IMG/VR virus record: IMGVR_UViG_3300025617_000007
Span: 32,001-96,000 of that record
DNA from: a virus
DNA length: 64,000 bases
Direction: 5' to 3' (one strand)
Positions 10,862 to 21,000 of the stretch are shown piece after piece. How positions within the stretch are numbered: the stretch's first letter is position 1; every line of letters begins with the position of its first letter. The notes under the pieces were generated by a model. That model was not told where the DNA came from and made no database searches. It worked only from the letters and a program-made list of their open reading frames with translations. The translations under genes and the position numbers were made by a program.

Positions 10862-12142
10862 TTAAAATAAATCGTTTGACGTAATCGATTTTTGTTTTTT
10901 ACTGTAATTAATACTTCTCTTATTAAAGAAATCGGTATGCTTTGTGGTTAAGATTTCATCGTCAAACCACTCAGTCGTCTCTAATAAGGATTCATCAGTA
11001 TCAAAAATACCTTCGATACCAATAGATTTTAAAGACCTATTAAATCTGTCCTTAATAAACTCCATAACTTGTTCTTTAGTTAAGAAATCTAAGTCACCTT
11101 TTTCAAAAATCCATTCAACAATCTCGGTTTCCGCTCCATAAGCTTCCATAGTCGAATCAATTAAATCCTCAACTAACTGGTCTGTCCACCAATCAGGATT
11201 TTCACTCTTAATTAAATTTACCAAATCAAACCCGAATTCCGCATGAATGTTTTCTTCTTTTGATGTTGCTTCAACAGCGTTACTGATACCTTTTAATACA
11301 TTCTTATGTTTGTTGAATGACATAATAACTAAAAATTGTGAAAACAACGACACATTTTCAACGAACATTGAAAATAATACCACTGACTCGAAATATTCTT
11401 TATCTTCAACAGATTTAGAATTCACGATAGATTTTTCTAAGTACTTAATTCTTCTTCTAATTGCCGGTACCTCCAATAAGTTTTCAAACTCACCATTCAA
11501 ACCTAAAAGTTGTATTAAGTGTGAGTAAGCGTCCGCATGTCTAACTTCAGATTCTGCGAATGTAGCACCCACATTACCAATTTCAGGTTTCGGCATTCTT
11601 TTATATATGTCCCCCCAAAATGATTTAACCGCAACTTCAATTTGTGATATTGCCAACATAGCCCTTTCAACCGCAGTTTTTTCCTTCTCATTCATATGTA
11701 CTTTATAATCCTGAATATCTGAAGTAAAATTAAATTCAGTATGTACCCAATATGAATGTCTAATAGCATCCACATAATCATTTAAATTAGGATACTCATA
11801 GGGTTTTAAATTCACTCTTTTAGAAAAAATGTTTGGTTGGTTTTTAGAGCGATAAATAATGTACTCTTTAGCGACATCATTTAAACCGTTATCCATTAAT
11901 TTATTTTCTACCATATCATGTATCTCATCTACATGTGGGACATGGTCTTTATTATTTCTAAAAATAGCCTTAGTAGATATTCTTGCAATCTTTTCTGACA
12001 TTATTTCATCGACCATTCCAATACTTTTCATCGCCTTTATCACTGCGATTTCAATTTTTTCTGTCTGAAACAACACCTTATCACCACTTCTTTTGATGAC
12101 ATAACGAAGGTCTTTGCTCACCTGATTAGTTAAACTTTCCAT
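10862..12142 (-). CDS. nrdB: Ribonucleotide reductase beta subunit with N-terminal ATP-cone
   Basis: YVIKRSGDKVLFQTEKI...VDEIHDMVENKLM...AKEYIIYR is an ATP-cone. The ferritin-like body has SEVRH, VEN, EENIH and a DFFNKRSINYSK tail. Confidence 0.95.
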   Translation of the reverse strand: MESLTNQVSKDLRYVIKRSGDKVLFQTEKIEIAVIKAMKSIGMVDEIMSEKIARISTKAIFRNNKDHVPHVDEIHDMVENKLMDNGLNDVAKEYIIYRSKNQPNIFSKRVNLKPYEYPNLNDYVDAIRHSYWVHTEFNFTSDIQDYKVHMNEKEKTAVERAMLAISQIEVAVKSFWGDIYKRMPKPEIGNVGATFAESEVRHADAYSHLIQLLGLNGEFENLLEVPAIRRRIKYLEKSIVNSKSVEDKEYFESVVLFSMFVENVSLFSQFLVIMSFNKHKNVLKGISNAVEATSKEENIHAEFGFDLVNLIKSENPDWWTDQLVEDLIDSTMEAYGAETEIVEWIFEKGDLDFLTKEQVMEFIKDRFNRSLKSIGIEGIFDTDESLLETTEWFDDEILTTKHTDFFNKRSINYSKKQKSITSNDLF

Positions 12143-12162
12143 ATTATATTCTTTAAACTTTA

Positions 12163-13545
12163 TTAATTATTCGGAGTTTCCCTCTGTTTCCTTTTCTCCA
12201 ATAAATCTTTAATACGTTGTCGGTTGTTCTCTTCTTTTTGTTCTTCTAAACCTAAGAAAGTAACGCTAGATTCCGTATCAATTTCCATCATTTCGTTATC
12301 GAACTTACAATTTTCAAATACGACACCATCTTTACCAATTCTTGATTTAGTAATTGCAATTGTTGCTAAGTTCATTTCTTTCTGTTGTAGGGATTTAGCA
12401 ACAGAAATAATAACGTGACCGACCTGAGCTTTTTTGATGGACCCTCCCATTTGGTCGGTCGTAACCACCTCTGACGATATAGAGGAACGGTTACCTTGTG
12501 TTGCAGTCCATCCTACAATGTCTAACTCGTGACACATCGATTCAAATCCTCTCATGACTGAACCTTCACTTTTCCACTCGTCACCTAAATTTCGGTCAGG
12601 GACGATACAATCAATATAATCAACAACAACCATATCTATCTTAGTTCCTTCAGCTATCATTTTACGAACCTGATTCTTAATCTGACTCATAGTTAATTGG
12701 TCTGACGGTAACTTCTTTAAGATTAACTTGTTCTCCGCGTTATCTTTAATTTGTTTTACTTTACTCATAACCTCTTCTTTGTGTAAAGACAGATTATCAG
12801 GTGCAATTTTAGTCCACATAGTAAAGTGCTTTCTCTGAATAATCTTAGGGTTATCTTCGAAGAAAATCTGTAATACATTATAACCTAAGTTAAATGCATT
12901 ATTAGAGATTTTACTCAAAACAGTTGTTTTACCAACACCTGTTGGTGCCAATATAACACCAATTTCACCTTTAGCTAATCCACCTTTTAGTAAATTATCT
13001 ATACCTGAAATACCAATAGGTATTGGATGACGGAAATCATCATCTAATACCTCGTCTAAATTAAAAAACACGTCCGCAGTGCCCGAATCAACCTCACCTA
13101 CCTGTAACGCTTCACGTACCATTTCTTCTAAATGGTCATAAGACTCGAACTCACCTTTGTCGATAATCTTTTGAGCCTTATTCATTACCTTTTGTAGTTC
13201 TTGTTGTTTACAGAACTTTAAAGACTTCTCTTGAACATATTGATGTCCATCATTTGACGCCTCTTTTATCTGTCCGAGCATATCCAGGACCATTTTCTGA
13301 GCCATAGGGGATGATACTTCGGACTTAGTGATTTGTTCTAAGGTCGAGAACGAAGGAGCGTGTTCATACTTGACGTAATACTCCTTTGTCATCTGCATTA
13401 TTAACTTGAAATATTGATTGTCAAAGTATTTTGGTTCAAGTACATCTACAATAGAATTTGCGAAGTCCTTATATAGGACAATATTATTGAGTAGTTGTAA
13501 TTGAAATGTGTTACCGAGGTATCCAAAATTTTTTTCTTTTGACAT
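12163..13545 (-). CDS. dnaB: Replicative DnaB-like helicase
   Basis: Walker A APTGVGKTT, Walker B VVVDYID, WTATQGNR and ITKSRIG. Confidence 0.92.
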   Translation of the reverse strand: MSKEKNFGYLGNTFQLQLLNNIVLYKDFANSIVDVLEPKYFDNQYFKLIMQMTKEYYVKYEHAPSFSTLEQITKSEVSSPMAQKMVLDMLGQIKEASNDGHQYVQEKSLKFCKQQELQKVMNKAQKIIDKGEFESYDHLEEMVREALQVGEVDSGTADVFFNLDEVLDDDFRHPIPIGISGIDNLLKGGLAKGEIGVILAPTGVGKTTVLSKISNNAFNLGYNVLQIFFEDNPKIIQRKHFTMWTKIAPDNLSLHKEEVMSKVKQIKDNAENKLILKKLPSDQLTMSQIKNQVRKMIAEGTKIDMVVVDYIDCIVPDRNLGDEWKSEGSVMRGFESMCHELDIVGWTATQGNRSSISSEVVTTDQMGGSIKKAQVGHVIISVAKSLQQKEMNLATIAITKSRIGKDGVVFENCKFDNEMMEIDTESSVTFLGLEEQKEENNRQRIKDLLEKRKQRETPNN

Positions 13546-13588
13546 AAATTATTAAGTTTTAATCTTCTTGTGTAGAATATAAATATGG

Positions 13589-14041
13589 TTAAACTAGTTG
13601 ATATTCGAGATAATCGTAAGTTAAATTTTCAGATGAGAAAATGTCAGTTAACTCCCGAAGTAATTTTTTTAGGTGTGGACGTACGTCAACCGTATATCTT
13701 GTCTTTGGAGGGTATACTTTAGCATCCCATACTCTATGACAAATTGTCTCATCTCCAATACGAATAATCATATTAAAAGTTTCAGGTCCATCAGTATTTG
13801 ACGTATTAAGAATCTCAGGATTGACCATAATTCTGTCATTGTTTTCACTCAAATAATCTAAAGATTTACTCTTTAAATCTTCATGAATATCTTCAGAAGC
13901 GGATTTAACTAAATCATAAAGTTCCATACTTGACCTAGCATCAGGATTGTATCCTCTAACATTAAAGTATCTCTGTACCACAATGTTGTCATTAAGCGTT
14001 AACAAAAATTCTAGTTTTGTTACATCATTTTTTTCTTTCAT
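13589..14041 (-). CDS. Hypothetical protein in the replication operon
   Basis: 150-aa ORF tightly packed between the exonuclease and helicase genes, with a 4-nt overlap upstream. Confidence 0.7.
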   Translation of the reverse strand: MKEKNDVTKLEFLLTLNDNIVVQRYFNVRGYNPDARSSMELYDLVKSASEDIHEDLKSKSLDYLSENNDRIMVNPEILNTSNTDGPETFNMIIRIGDETICHRVWDAKVYPPKTRYTVDVRPHLKKLLRELTDIFSSENLTYDYLEYQLV

Positions 14042-15054
14042 AATTGTCTTTTTTTGTTTTTGAATCTTCTTTTTTCTTTACGTGTAAGTTTCATAAAAGG
14101 TGTTAAAAATTCTACCCAAGCATTTCCATGTTTAGGTAAGTACTTAAAAATTCCATCACTCATCATCATCCTCATTAGATTTTTATAACCTCTACCATCC
14201 GGGTCTAATTCTTCTTTGTGGTAGAGTTCTATAATCTCTTTTGATTCTTCAGTGAGTAAAGGTAGTGATAAATCTACAAGTTTCTTATTAATTTCAAAAA
14301 ATTCTTCACCATAAATTCCACTCCTTGTTTTACCCGAGAGTAAATTTTGTAATGCCCTATTGTTTTTATCTGTTTTGTGTAATTCCTCAGCACGTTGTCT
14401 AATATCGTCAACAGTTACCACATTATCAACTATCTCAGGAAATAACTTAGCAAAAGTTTTCTCACCCATATATTGAATACCATTAATATTATCGGACTTA
14501 TCTCCTGAAATGATTTTAAAGGTTGATATGTTCTCATGCGGGATTGAAATTTCTTTCATTAGTACCTTATCTCCATTCTTAAGAGTTATTCTTTTCATAG
14601 GTTGGTACACCTCCACTTTGTCTGAGATAAGTTGTGTTAGGTCTTTATCTGAAGAAAAAATAGTCTTGTATTCATCTTGAGATATTTGACAATAATACGC
14701 TATTAAATCATCACTTTCAGTATTATCGACACATACTTGTCTTACAAACATTTCCTCTAAGTAAGTCTTTATTCTTTCAACTTGCCAATCAAAAGATTCT
14801 CTTTTCGATTCATTTAATGTTTGTTTACGATTTTGTTTATATTCAGGATAAATAAGTCGTCTTTGGGTAGAGTTATTTTCTCCATCCCAAAAGACGATTA
14901 CTTTATCGTAGTTATATTCCGATATAAATCTTTTGATTGTGTTGACAAAATGGTAAATTCCACCGATATGTCTTCCTTCGTGGTAAAATTCTTTTACCCC
15001 ATGAAAACCTATTTTGAATAAATTGTTTCCATCTACTAATAATGTTTTAACCAC
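14038..15054 (-). CDS. 5'-3' exonuclease / flap endonuclease (PolA N-terminal or T4 RNase H-like)
   Basis: LLVDGNNL, VFWDG, EYKQNR, ESDDLIAY, SSDKDLTQL, and the helix-3-turn-helix GDKSDNINGIQYMGEKT. Confidence 0.92.
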   Translation of the reverse strand: MVKTLLVDGNNLFKIGFHGVKEFYHEGRHIGGIYHFVNTIKRFISEYNYDKVIVFWDGENNSTQRRLIYPEYKQNRKQTLNESKRESFDWQVERIKTYLEEMFVRQVCVDNTESDDLIAYYCQISQDEYKTIFSSDKDLTQLISDKVEVYQPMKRITLKNGDKVLMKEISIPHENISTFKIISGDKSDNINGIQYMGEKTFAKLFPEIVDNVVTVDDIRQRAEELHKTDKNNRALQNLLSGKTRSGIYGEEFFEINKKLVDLSLPLLTEESKEIIELYHKEELDPDGRGYKNLMRMMMSDGIFKYLPKHGNAWVEFLTPFMKLTRKEKRRFKNKKRQL

Positions 15055-15071
15055 GTTTAATTTTTTAAGGG

Positions 15072-16073
15072 TTACACTTGTTTTTCTTCTTCTAACTTAA
15101 AGTCACCGTCAGTGCCGATAACCTCTTTCCAATATTCTGATTGCTCAGACTTGTAAGACTCAATAGATTTTTTCTCTTCGGTAGAGTCTTTACCTGCTAA
15201 AAATCCATGAGGGGTTACAATAATTTTTCCGTCTTCGTAACCCAAACCATTGATGTGGTTTTTCATTACAGACACTTTAGTACGTGTTGCAAATTTAACC
15301 TTTCTTTTGTCTTTTACAGCAGTTATTTTGTTAGTTCCCGCATTTTTTTGATTACCAAATAAGAATACCAAAGATGAATTCAACCAAATTGATTCACCAC
15401 CTTTAGCTTTAATCTTAGGTTGACCAAATGGGTTATCGGGTAACTCAACCCATGGTTGGTTTACAATCACTAAAGTATTTTCATATTTTGAATCTGACTT
15501 TCTCGACCCCGATATACGTTGGTTAATACCCATACCTATTTTATCTGCTAGTGTAGCGGCATTGTGTTGTTTTCCACCCTTACCGTCAAAAGTCATTTTA
15601 CACGGAACAGAACCTACTGAATCCCATAAGAATAATAAAGAGTAATCCAATTCACCTTTAGATTGAGCATCCAAAAGTTCATTAATATAGTCCGTGATTT
15701 GTTCAATATATTCAAAGTTATTATTGAAGATAAAGAAACCATCCCATTCTAACTCTCCCGTTTCTTCGTCCACAACTTCTTCACATTCAAAACCCATAAG
15801 TTTTGCATGTTCGAAGGACCACTTCTGTTCTGTAATGATGAAAACAGGTAAAATACCTTTTTTCTGAGCATCAACCGCAGTCTTTACTAATGCTGTTGTT
15901 TTACCTGTATCAGAATGTCCCAAGAACATATTCAAATGTCCAATTGCCGGTCCAGGTACTCCAACAGCATCCAAGAAGTCACCTCCTAAATCAAAAAACC
16001 TTTGTGGTTTGTATTTCGCAGAAGTTGAAAACTTCTTTTTAATGCTACTAAAATCTTTTTTCTTTATTGCCAT
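15072..16073 (-). CDS. uvsX: RecA/UvsX-like recombinase
   Basis: P-loop GHSDTGKTT, LWDSVGS, IVNQPW, KAKGGESI and KVSVMKNH. Confidence 0.88.
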   Translation of the reverse strand: MAIKKKDFSSIKKKFSTSAKYKPQRFFDLGGDFLDAVGVPGPAIGHLNMFLGHSDTGKTTALVKTAVDAQKKGILPVFIITEQKWSFEHAKLMGFECEEVVDEETGELEWDGFFIFNNNFEYIEQITDYINELLDAQSKGELDYSLLFLWDSVGSVPCKMTFDGKGGKQHNAATLADKIGMGINQRISGSRKSDSKYENTLVIVNQPWVELPDNPFGQPKIKAKGGESIWLNSSLVFLFGNQKNAGTNKITAVKDKRKVKFATRTKVSVMKNHINGLGYEDGKIIVTPHGFLAGKDSTEEKKSIESYKSEQSEYWKEVIGTDGDFKLEEEKQV

Positions 16074-16084
16074 ATTTTTTTATT

Positions 16085-16118
16085 AAAAGATGGTACAGAC
16101 ACGAATGTCTGTACCATC
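16085..16118 (-). terminator. Intrinsic terminator or hairpin after the ssb gene
   Basis: 12-bp stem GATGGTACAGAC/GTCTGTACCATC. The minus-strand loop is ATTCGT (UUCG-type), followed by TTTT. Confidence 0.75.
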
Positions 16119-16131
16119 ATGTTAGTTTTTG

Positions 16132-16992
16132 TTAAAACGGTAGGTCGTCATCAACCTCAGATTCTGTTTGTGGGTCAACAGTTTTTTCTTGCTCTGTTGA
16201 CGTATTTGAAGAACCTCCAATTGTCATTTCTTCATCGTCACCGTAAACATATTTTTTAAGGTCACTATTCCATACAGGTGTTTCACCTCTCGCAATCGCT
16301 TCTAAATATTCTACGGGTTTTTGTGAGTAAACATCTTGCCAAGTCAATTCATCCTCAACCCATTCTTTTTGTTGTGATTCGTCATCCGAAATCTTACAAG
16401 GGTCGTCATACATAACTGTTTGTACTACTGTGTATTCAATACCTGAAGGTGTTTTAGACTTAGATAGTTCAACAATTAAGTCTCTACCTTCATTAGCATC
16501 TGTAATGTCTCCTTTAGCTCTCCAAATAGGGATAATCTTATCTAAGATACCTTCTTGTTTGTAGTTGTCTTTGAATCTCCAAAATTTAGGTCCGTGGTCT
16601 TCATTTTCACGGTCAATTAGTTTTACGATATAAAACTTACGTGGTCGGTACTGACTCGCTAATTTCTTGTCAGATTCTTTACCTGTTGAAATTAACTCTT
16701 CGTAAACCTCAGTAAGTGGTGAACGTTCACCGTCATTCTTTCCTGGGTCATAAAGTTTAGTCCATTTCCCGTCAATTTGGACTTCGTGGTACCATACTTC
16801 TTTGAAAGGTGATGAACCGTCAGGTGTTGGGAGAATACGAACTGTCTTTTGTCCTGATTTAGTACCTTTAGGTAGGTAAGTAGTGAAGTAACGTTTCAAT
16901 CTATCTTCTTGAGACATTGATTGACCTCCATTGTTGTTTTTTGATGTGTTTTTCTCATACTGAGATAACACTGCGTCAAGTGCATTTTTCAT
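16132..16992 (-). CDS. Single-stranded DNA-binding protein, T4 gp32-like
   Basis: VRILP...FKEVWYH...RPRKFYIVKLIDR...FWRF pattern, acidic C-terminus ending DDDLPF, located beside uvsX. Confidence 0.8.
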   Translation of the reverse strand: MKNALDAVLSQYEKNTSKNNNGGQSMSQEDRLKRYFTTYLPKGTKSGQKTVRILPTPDGSSPFKEVWYHEVQIDGKWTKLYDPGKNDGERSPLTEVYEELISTGKESDKKLASQYRPRKFYIVKLIDRENEDHGPKFWRFKDNYKQEGILDKIIPIWRAKGDITDANEGRDLIVELSKSKTPSGIEYTVVQTVMYDDPCKISDDESQQKEWVEDELTWQDVYSQKPVEYLEAIARGETPVWNSDLKKYVYGDDEEMTIGGSSNTSTEQEKTVDPQTESEVDDDLPF

Positions 16993-17048
16993 AATTTTTT
17001 CTCTTTTCTCTTGTTAATTATTAAATTATTTTCTCGATTACTCTAAAG

Positions 17049-17079
17049 TAAATGTAACACATTAATTCGTTTTGTCAAA
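17049..17079 (-). promoter_or_regulatory. Putative early/middle promoter of the ssb-uvsX-exonuclease operon
   Basis: Minus strand TTTGACA-16 nt-TACATTTA. This fits both sigma70 (TTGACA/TAnnnT) and Bacteroidota (-33 TTTG, -7 TAnnTTTG with one mismatch). Confidence 0.55.
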
Positions 17080-17090
17080 TAGTTAAAATA

Positions 17091-17115
17091 AAAAAAGACC
17101 ACGAATCGTGGCCTT
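17091..17115 (-). terminator. Intrinsic terminator after 17145..17792
   Basis: Minus strand AAGGCCACG-ATT-CGTGGTCTT followed by a long T run. Confidence 0.7.
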
Positions 17116-17144
17116 ATTATAGTTAATCATATTTGGTTAGTCAA

Positions 17145-17792
17145 TTACATTTTATAATCATCTTCAAATGGTCTGTCAAAAGATTTTTTAATATCTCCCT
17201 CTGAATAATTCTCAACATCATCCGGAGTTAAAATATATTCATTCTTACCCGTTTTTTCCATTTCAACTTCTTTATCACTAAAGTAGTCCGTTAATTTTTG
17301 ATTATAAGGATAACTATCTAAACTTCTTAAAGATAGTTTTTCTTCAGGTGATTTTTGACGATACTTTTCAACTTTTTGTTCTAAACTATTAATCTTAGTT
17401 AATATTTGGTCCATATCATCTAATTTATTAGTTAAGTCATTCAACCTGTCCATCATAGTTTCCATATACTCTTCTTGTTTTGAAGACATATCTTTTTGAG
17501 TGGTTACTAAATCAGTAATATCTAATTCTTCAGTTCCTGTACCTTCATCATCTAAAGTTTCGGTACTTTCACTATCAGGTTCACCAACCACCTCAACATC
17601 AGGGTCGTTGTCAACATCAATAGGTGTAGTATCACCCATTTCGTTACCACCTAAATCCATATTAGTAGGTTCATCACTTTCACCACCAGTTAAATTCGCC
17701 GCTGGGTCAACAGGTTCTTCTTGTTCGGAAATATACCTATTAATACTATTGTATTTTTCTATTTCCTGTATAATTTTTTTATCTACTGACAT
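17145..17792 (-). CDS. Acidic hypothetical protein with a coiled coil, possibly head scaffold/internal protein
   Basis: 215 aa with a very acidic disordered middle, a heptad-like segment (MMDRLNDLTNKLDDMDQILTKINSLEQKV) and an N-terminal YISE motif. Confidence 0.5.
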   Translation of the reverse strand: MSVDKKIIQEIEKYNSINRYISEQEEPVDPAANLTGGESDEPTNMDLGGNEMGDTTPIDVDNDPDVEVVGEPDSESTETLDDEGTGTEELDITDLVTTQKDMSSKQEEYMETMMDRLNDLTNKLDDMDQILTKINSLEQKVEKYRQKSPEEKLSLRSLDSYPYNQKLTDYFSDKEVEMEKTGKNEYILTPDDVENYSEGDIKKSFDRPFEDDYKM

Positions 17793-17804
17793 AATAAGTT
17801 TTTT

Positions 17805-18029
17805 TTAACCATTAAGAAGTGTTTTAACACCATGAGGTGTCTCAACTTTTAATGTTCTATTTAGTTTCATTGTATTATCCACTCTTTCAATAAGGCCGTC
17901 TTTCATTCTAACAGTATAACAATCGCCCGTGTCTAAATCACAAACCTCTTTATATCCGTTTCCTGTATCTTTTTCAGTAATTCTTGTGTCTTTTGACAAA
18001 AACTGGTCTAATAATGATTTTGTATTCAT
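17805..18029 (-). CDS. Small hypothetical protein
   Basis: 74-aa ORF with an ATG start and TATTTAT 15 nt upstream (18044-18050). Confidence 0.65.
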   Translation of the reverse strand: MNTKSLLDQFLSKDTRITEKDTGNGYKEVCDLDTGDCYTVRMKDGLIERVDNTMKLNRTLKVETPHGVKTLLNG

Positions 18030-18076
18030 AATGTTTTTTATATATAAATATACGTTAATTGGTCTTTTTCTTATTT

Positions 18077-21000
18077 TTAAGAATTATCCCACTTTCTATT
18101 TTTAATTTTAAAAGTACTATAGGCATTATCAAACAATGACTTCCCATTTGAATTCGATTTTAAATCTCCGTCAACAGTGGCAATTATAACATCATCAACA
18201 TTACTAGCTGCGGTTAATTGTTTATCGTTAGTCGTTAATCTTAATGTATAATACCATAAATAAGAAAAACTAAGAGCCAAGTCTCCGTTAATGTTACTAT
18301 TAACTAAAAATGATTGGATTATTTGTTCATACTGTGAACATATTTGACCCATAAACTTAATAGATTCTGTTTCATCACCAAATGATATGTACGGAACTAT
18401 GTAGTCACCATCTCTAACACAAGTTTGATTATTAAATGGTACAGTCCATTTAGCGTTTTCCTTCATATTTTTAAGGTTAAAATAATTGTGATTTTTAGCC
18501 CTTAATTTTTGACTAACCCCCGTTTCAACGAATCCAACACCAAAAATATATTTTTTAACATTATCCGATAAAACTAACAAATCAATTTCATCCTTAAATT
18601 CAGTCTGAGTCAAATCAGTCGTAACGTTGTTAACGTAAGGTTTATCAATATTCTGTACGGCAACACACTTAGAATTATCCGCCTGTCTCTTACTATTGGT
18701 CTGACTATTACTATTTTTTATAGAACTTTGTCTAACTGACGTGTCACCAGTTGAACCGGCTAATGTAGGTACTCTTCTAATATCGGATTTGTAATTTTGA
18801 ATAATATCTCGATTAACACTTGAGATTAGACTATCTGGCATTTGTAAAGAATATTTAGTCGCCCTAACACCTTCAAATGTTGTAACAAAGTCTCTAGTTG
18901 TGATATCATGGTTAACACTCGTTATCAAGTAAGGACCATAAAACATGGGTACATGTCTTAAATTAAAATACATTGTCGGTTGAATCATAACATTACCCAT
19001 AGACACAACAGTACAATTATAACTAGAGTTTTTATAAAAGTTATATAGATTAGCGGTTTCCTGAGCAACTTTTTGACCGTCAGCCATTGAACCCATATTC
19101 GCCAATATTTGGAACGTAGGTGCGATGTTTTTTCTCTGCGACATGTCAATCGATATTGATTTAAACATATTTTGATTTCTAGTTCCGAAATCAACATTAA
19201 AGGCAACTACTTTATTTCTATTTGAAAAGTTAGTAACCCCATCCTCAGAAGTTCTTACCGAAGATAATGTAGGCTTAGAGATATCAAAAGCATCATCTTG
19301 AAATAAGTAATTAGTATTATTCGCAGAAGTATTAATTTTATCTGAAGTTTTACCAATATAAATAGCTAAGAATTTTGGTTCAGACCCATGAGTATCGACT
19401 TCTAAGAAAGTACCAAAAGAATTATTTGCAACATCACTATATGATGGGTCAGGCATACCCTCTTTTACTCTTTCATTTCTACCATAGAAATTGGAGTATG
19501 AAGGAACTGGCATATAAACAAAATTATTTTTTTCTAAAATATTTCCAATTAAACCTAAAACACTTTCAGTTGCTTTTGAGTTTTTTAAGAAAAATCTCAT
19601 ATCTTCAATATTAATAATAACCTTATCACCTATAGGTCTATTGGCTTTATCTAAAAATAAAAACTCCTCAAATAAAGTTTTACTTTTTAAATTTTGACCT
19701 GAAATCCACCTGTCATTAAAATTTTTAAAGGTTGACCATAATTCATTCTTATTAACATTACCATCCAACTTAGAAATTCTTTCTTGAGGTTGAACCTCTT
19801 TAACATTAGGTAATGTTTTATTAAGTGTTGTAAATATTTGGTCTAACATACTATATTGATATGTTAATCCATCAGACATAAAGTTTTCGAATTCATTTAA
19901 AAACTCACCTCTGTTTAATACACCATCATTATTATATTTTTTGGTTGCAAATATTTTAATAATTGGTGATAAGTCAATAACATTTAGTTCAGTAAACCTA
20001 ATATTCATTGTTGGGAAGAAATCGGTAACATATGAACCGTTATCAGTATATTTCATACCATCTTCCATATAATCACCCACATACTCATACATTGCCCTCC
20101 ACGCTTCAGGACTAATTGATTGACTGATAGATAAAGATAATGGATTACTACTCGTAGGTAACGTATTTGTTTGGTAAGTGTCAAAGTTTATCGGGTCGAC
20201 AGGTTTCAATAATTCATTAGAAGACAAAGAATCGAAAACTCTCCTATTAAACCCACCAGGATTACCTATCTTAAAAATTACATCTTTTTCAAATAACTCT
20301 TTAGTATTAAGACTAACAAGTTTACTCATTTGTGCCTTGGCAATTTCTTTAGCATCTTTTGATGCATTTACATTTGTTAAATTAGGTTTCCTAACGAATA
20401 ATAATGATTTCATTACCTTTTCAATATTAAACTCATACTCATTTTCGTAACTACCTAATTCTTGGTTATAATTCACTTTAGATGGATTATATACCATTTG
20501 TTTGTAATCTTTTTCTTTTTTACAGAAATTCAAAAAGTGAGATTCAAACTCGTCCAACATATCTTTAGAAAAAATTGCAAAAATTTCCTCGATTGATTTA
20601 TATGAGGTGTCCTTATTACCAATAATAAATGAATCTTGTTTGTCATCATCTCTATTAATGACTTTAATATATTCGGTAGTACTTGGTTTTTTTACCCAAC
20701 TATTATTAAAATATCCGTAGTTAGGTGCCGACCATAAGGTTCTTACTTGTCCGTTTTGAATCGCTTGATTATTTTCAATATTCTGAGTTAATTTTCCGTC
20801 ATTATTAAAAATTTCTCTTTGCGCTTGAGTAAATTTTAAATCTCCTGCTGATGGTATAACCAATAAATTACCTGTAGCATCTTCATCAAAAGATGAGTAC
20901 CCATCAATATCAAAGTATTGGAACCAACTTTCATAATTTAAAGCTCGATTCACATTATTAGGGTCATAACCCCCAATAAGTAAATTAGATTGTGATTGAC

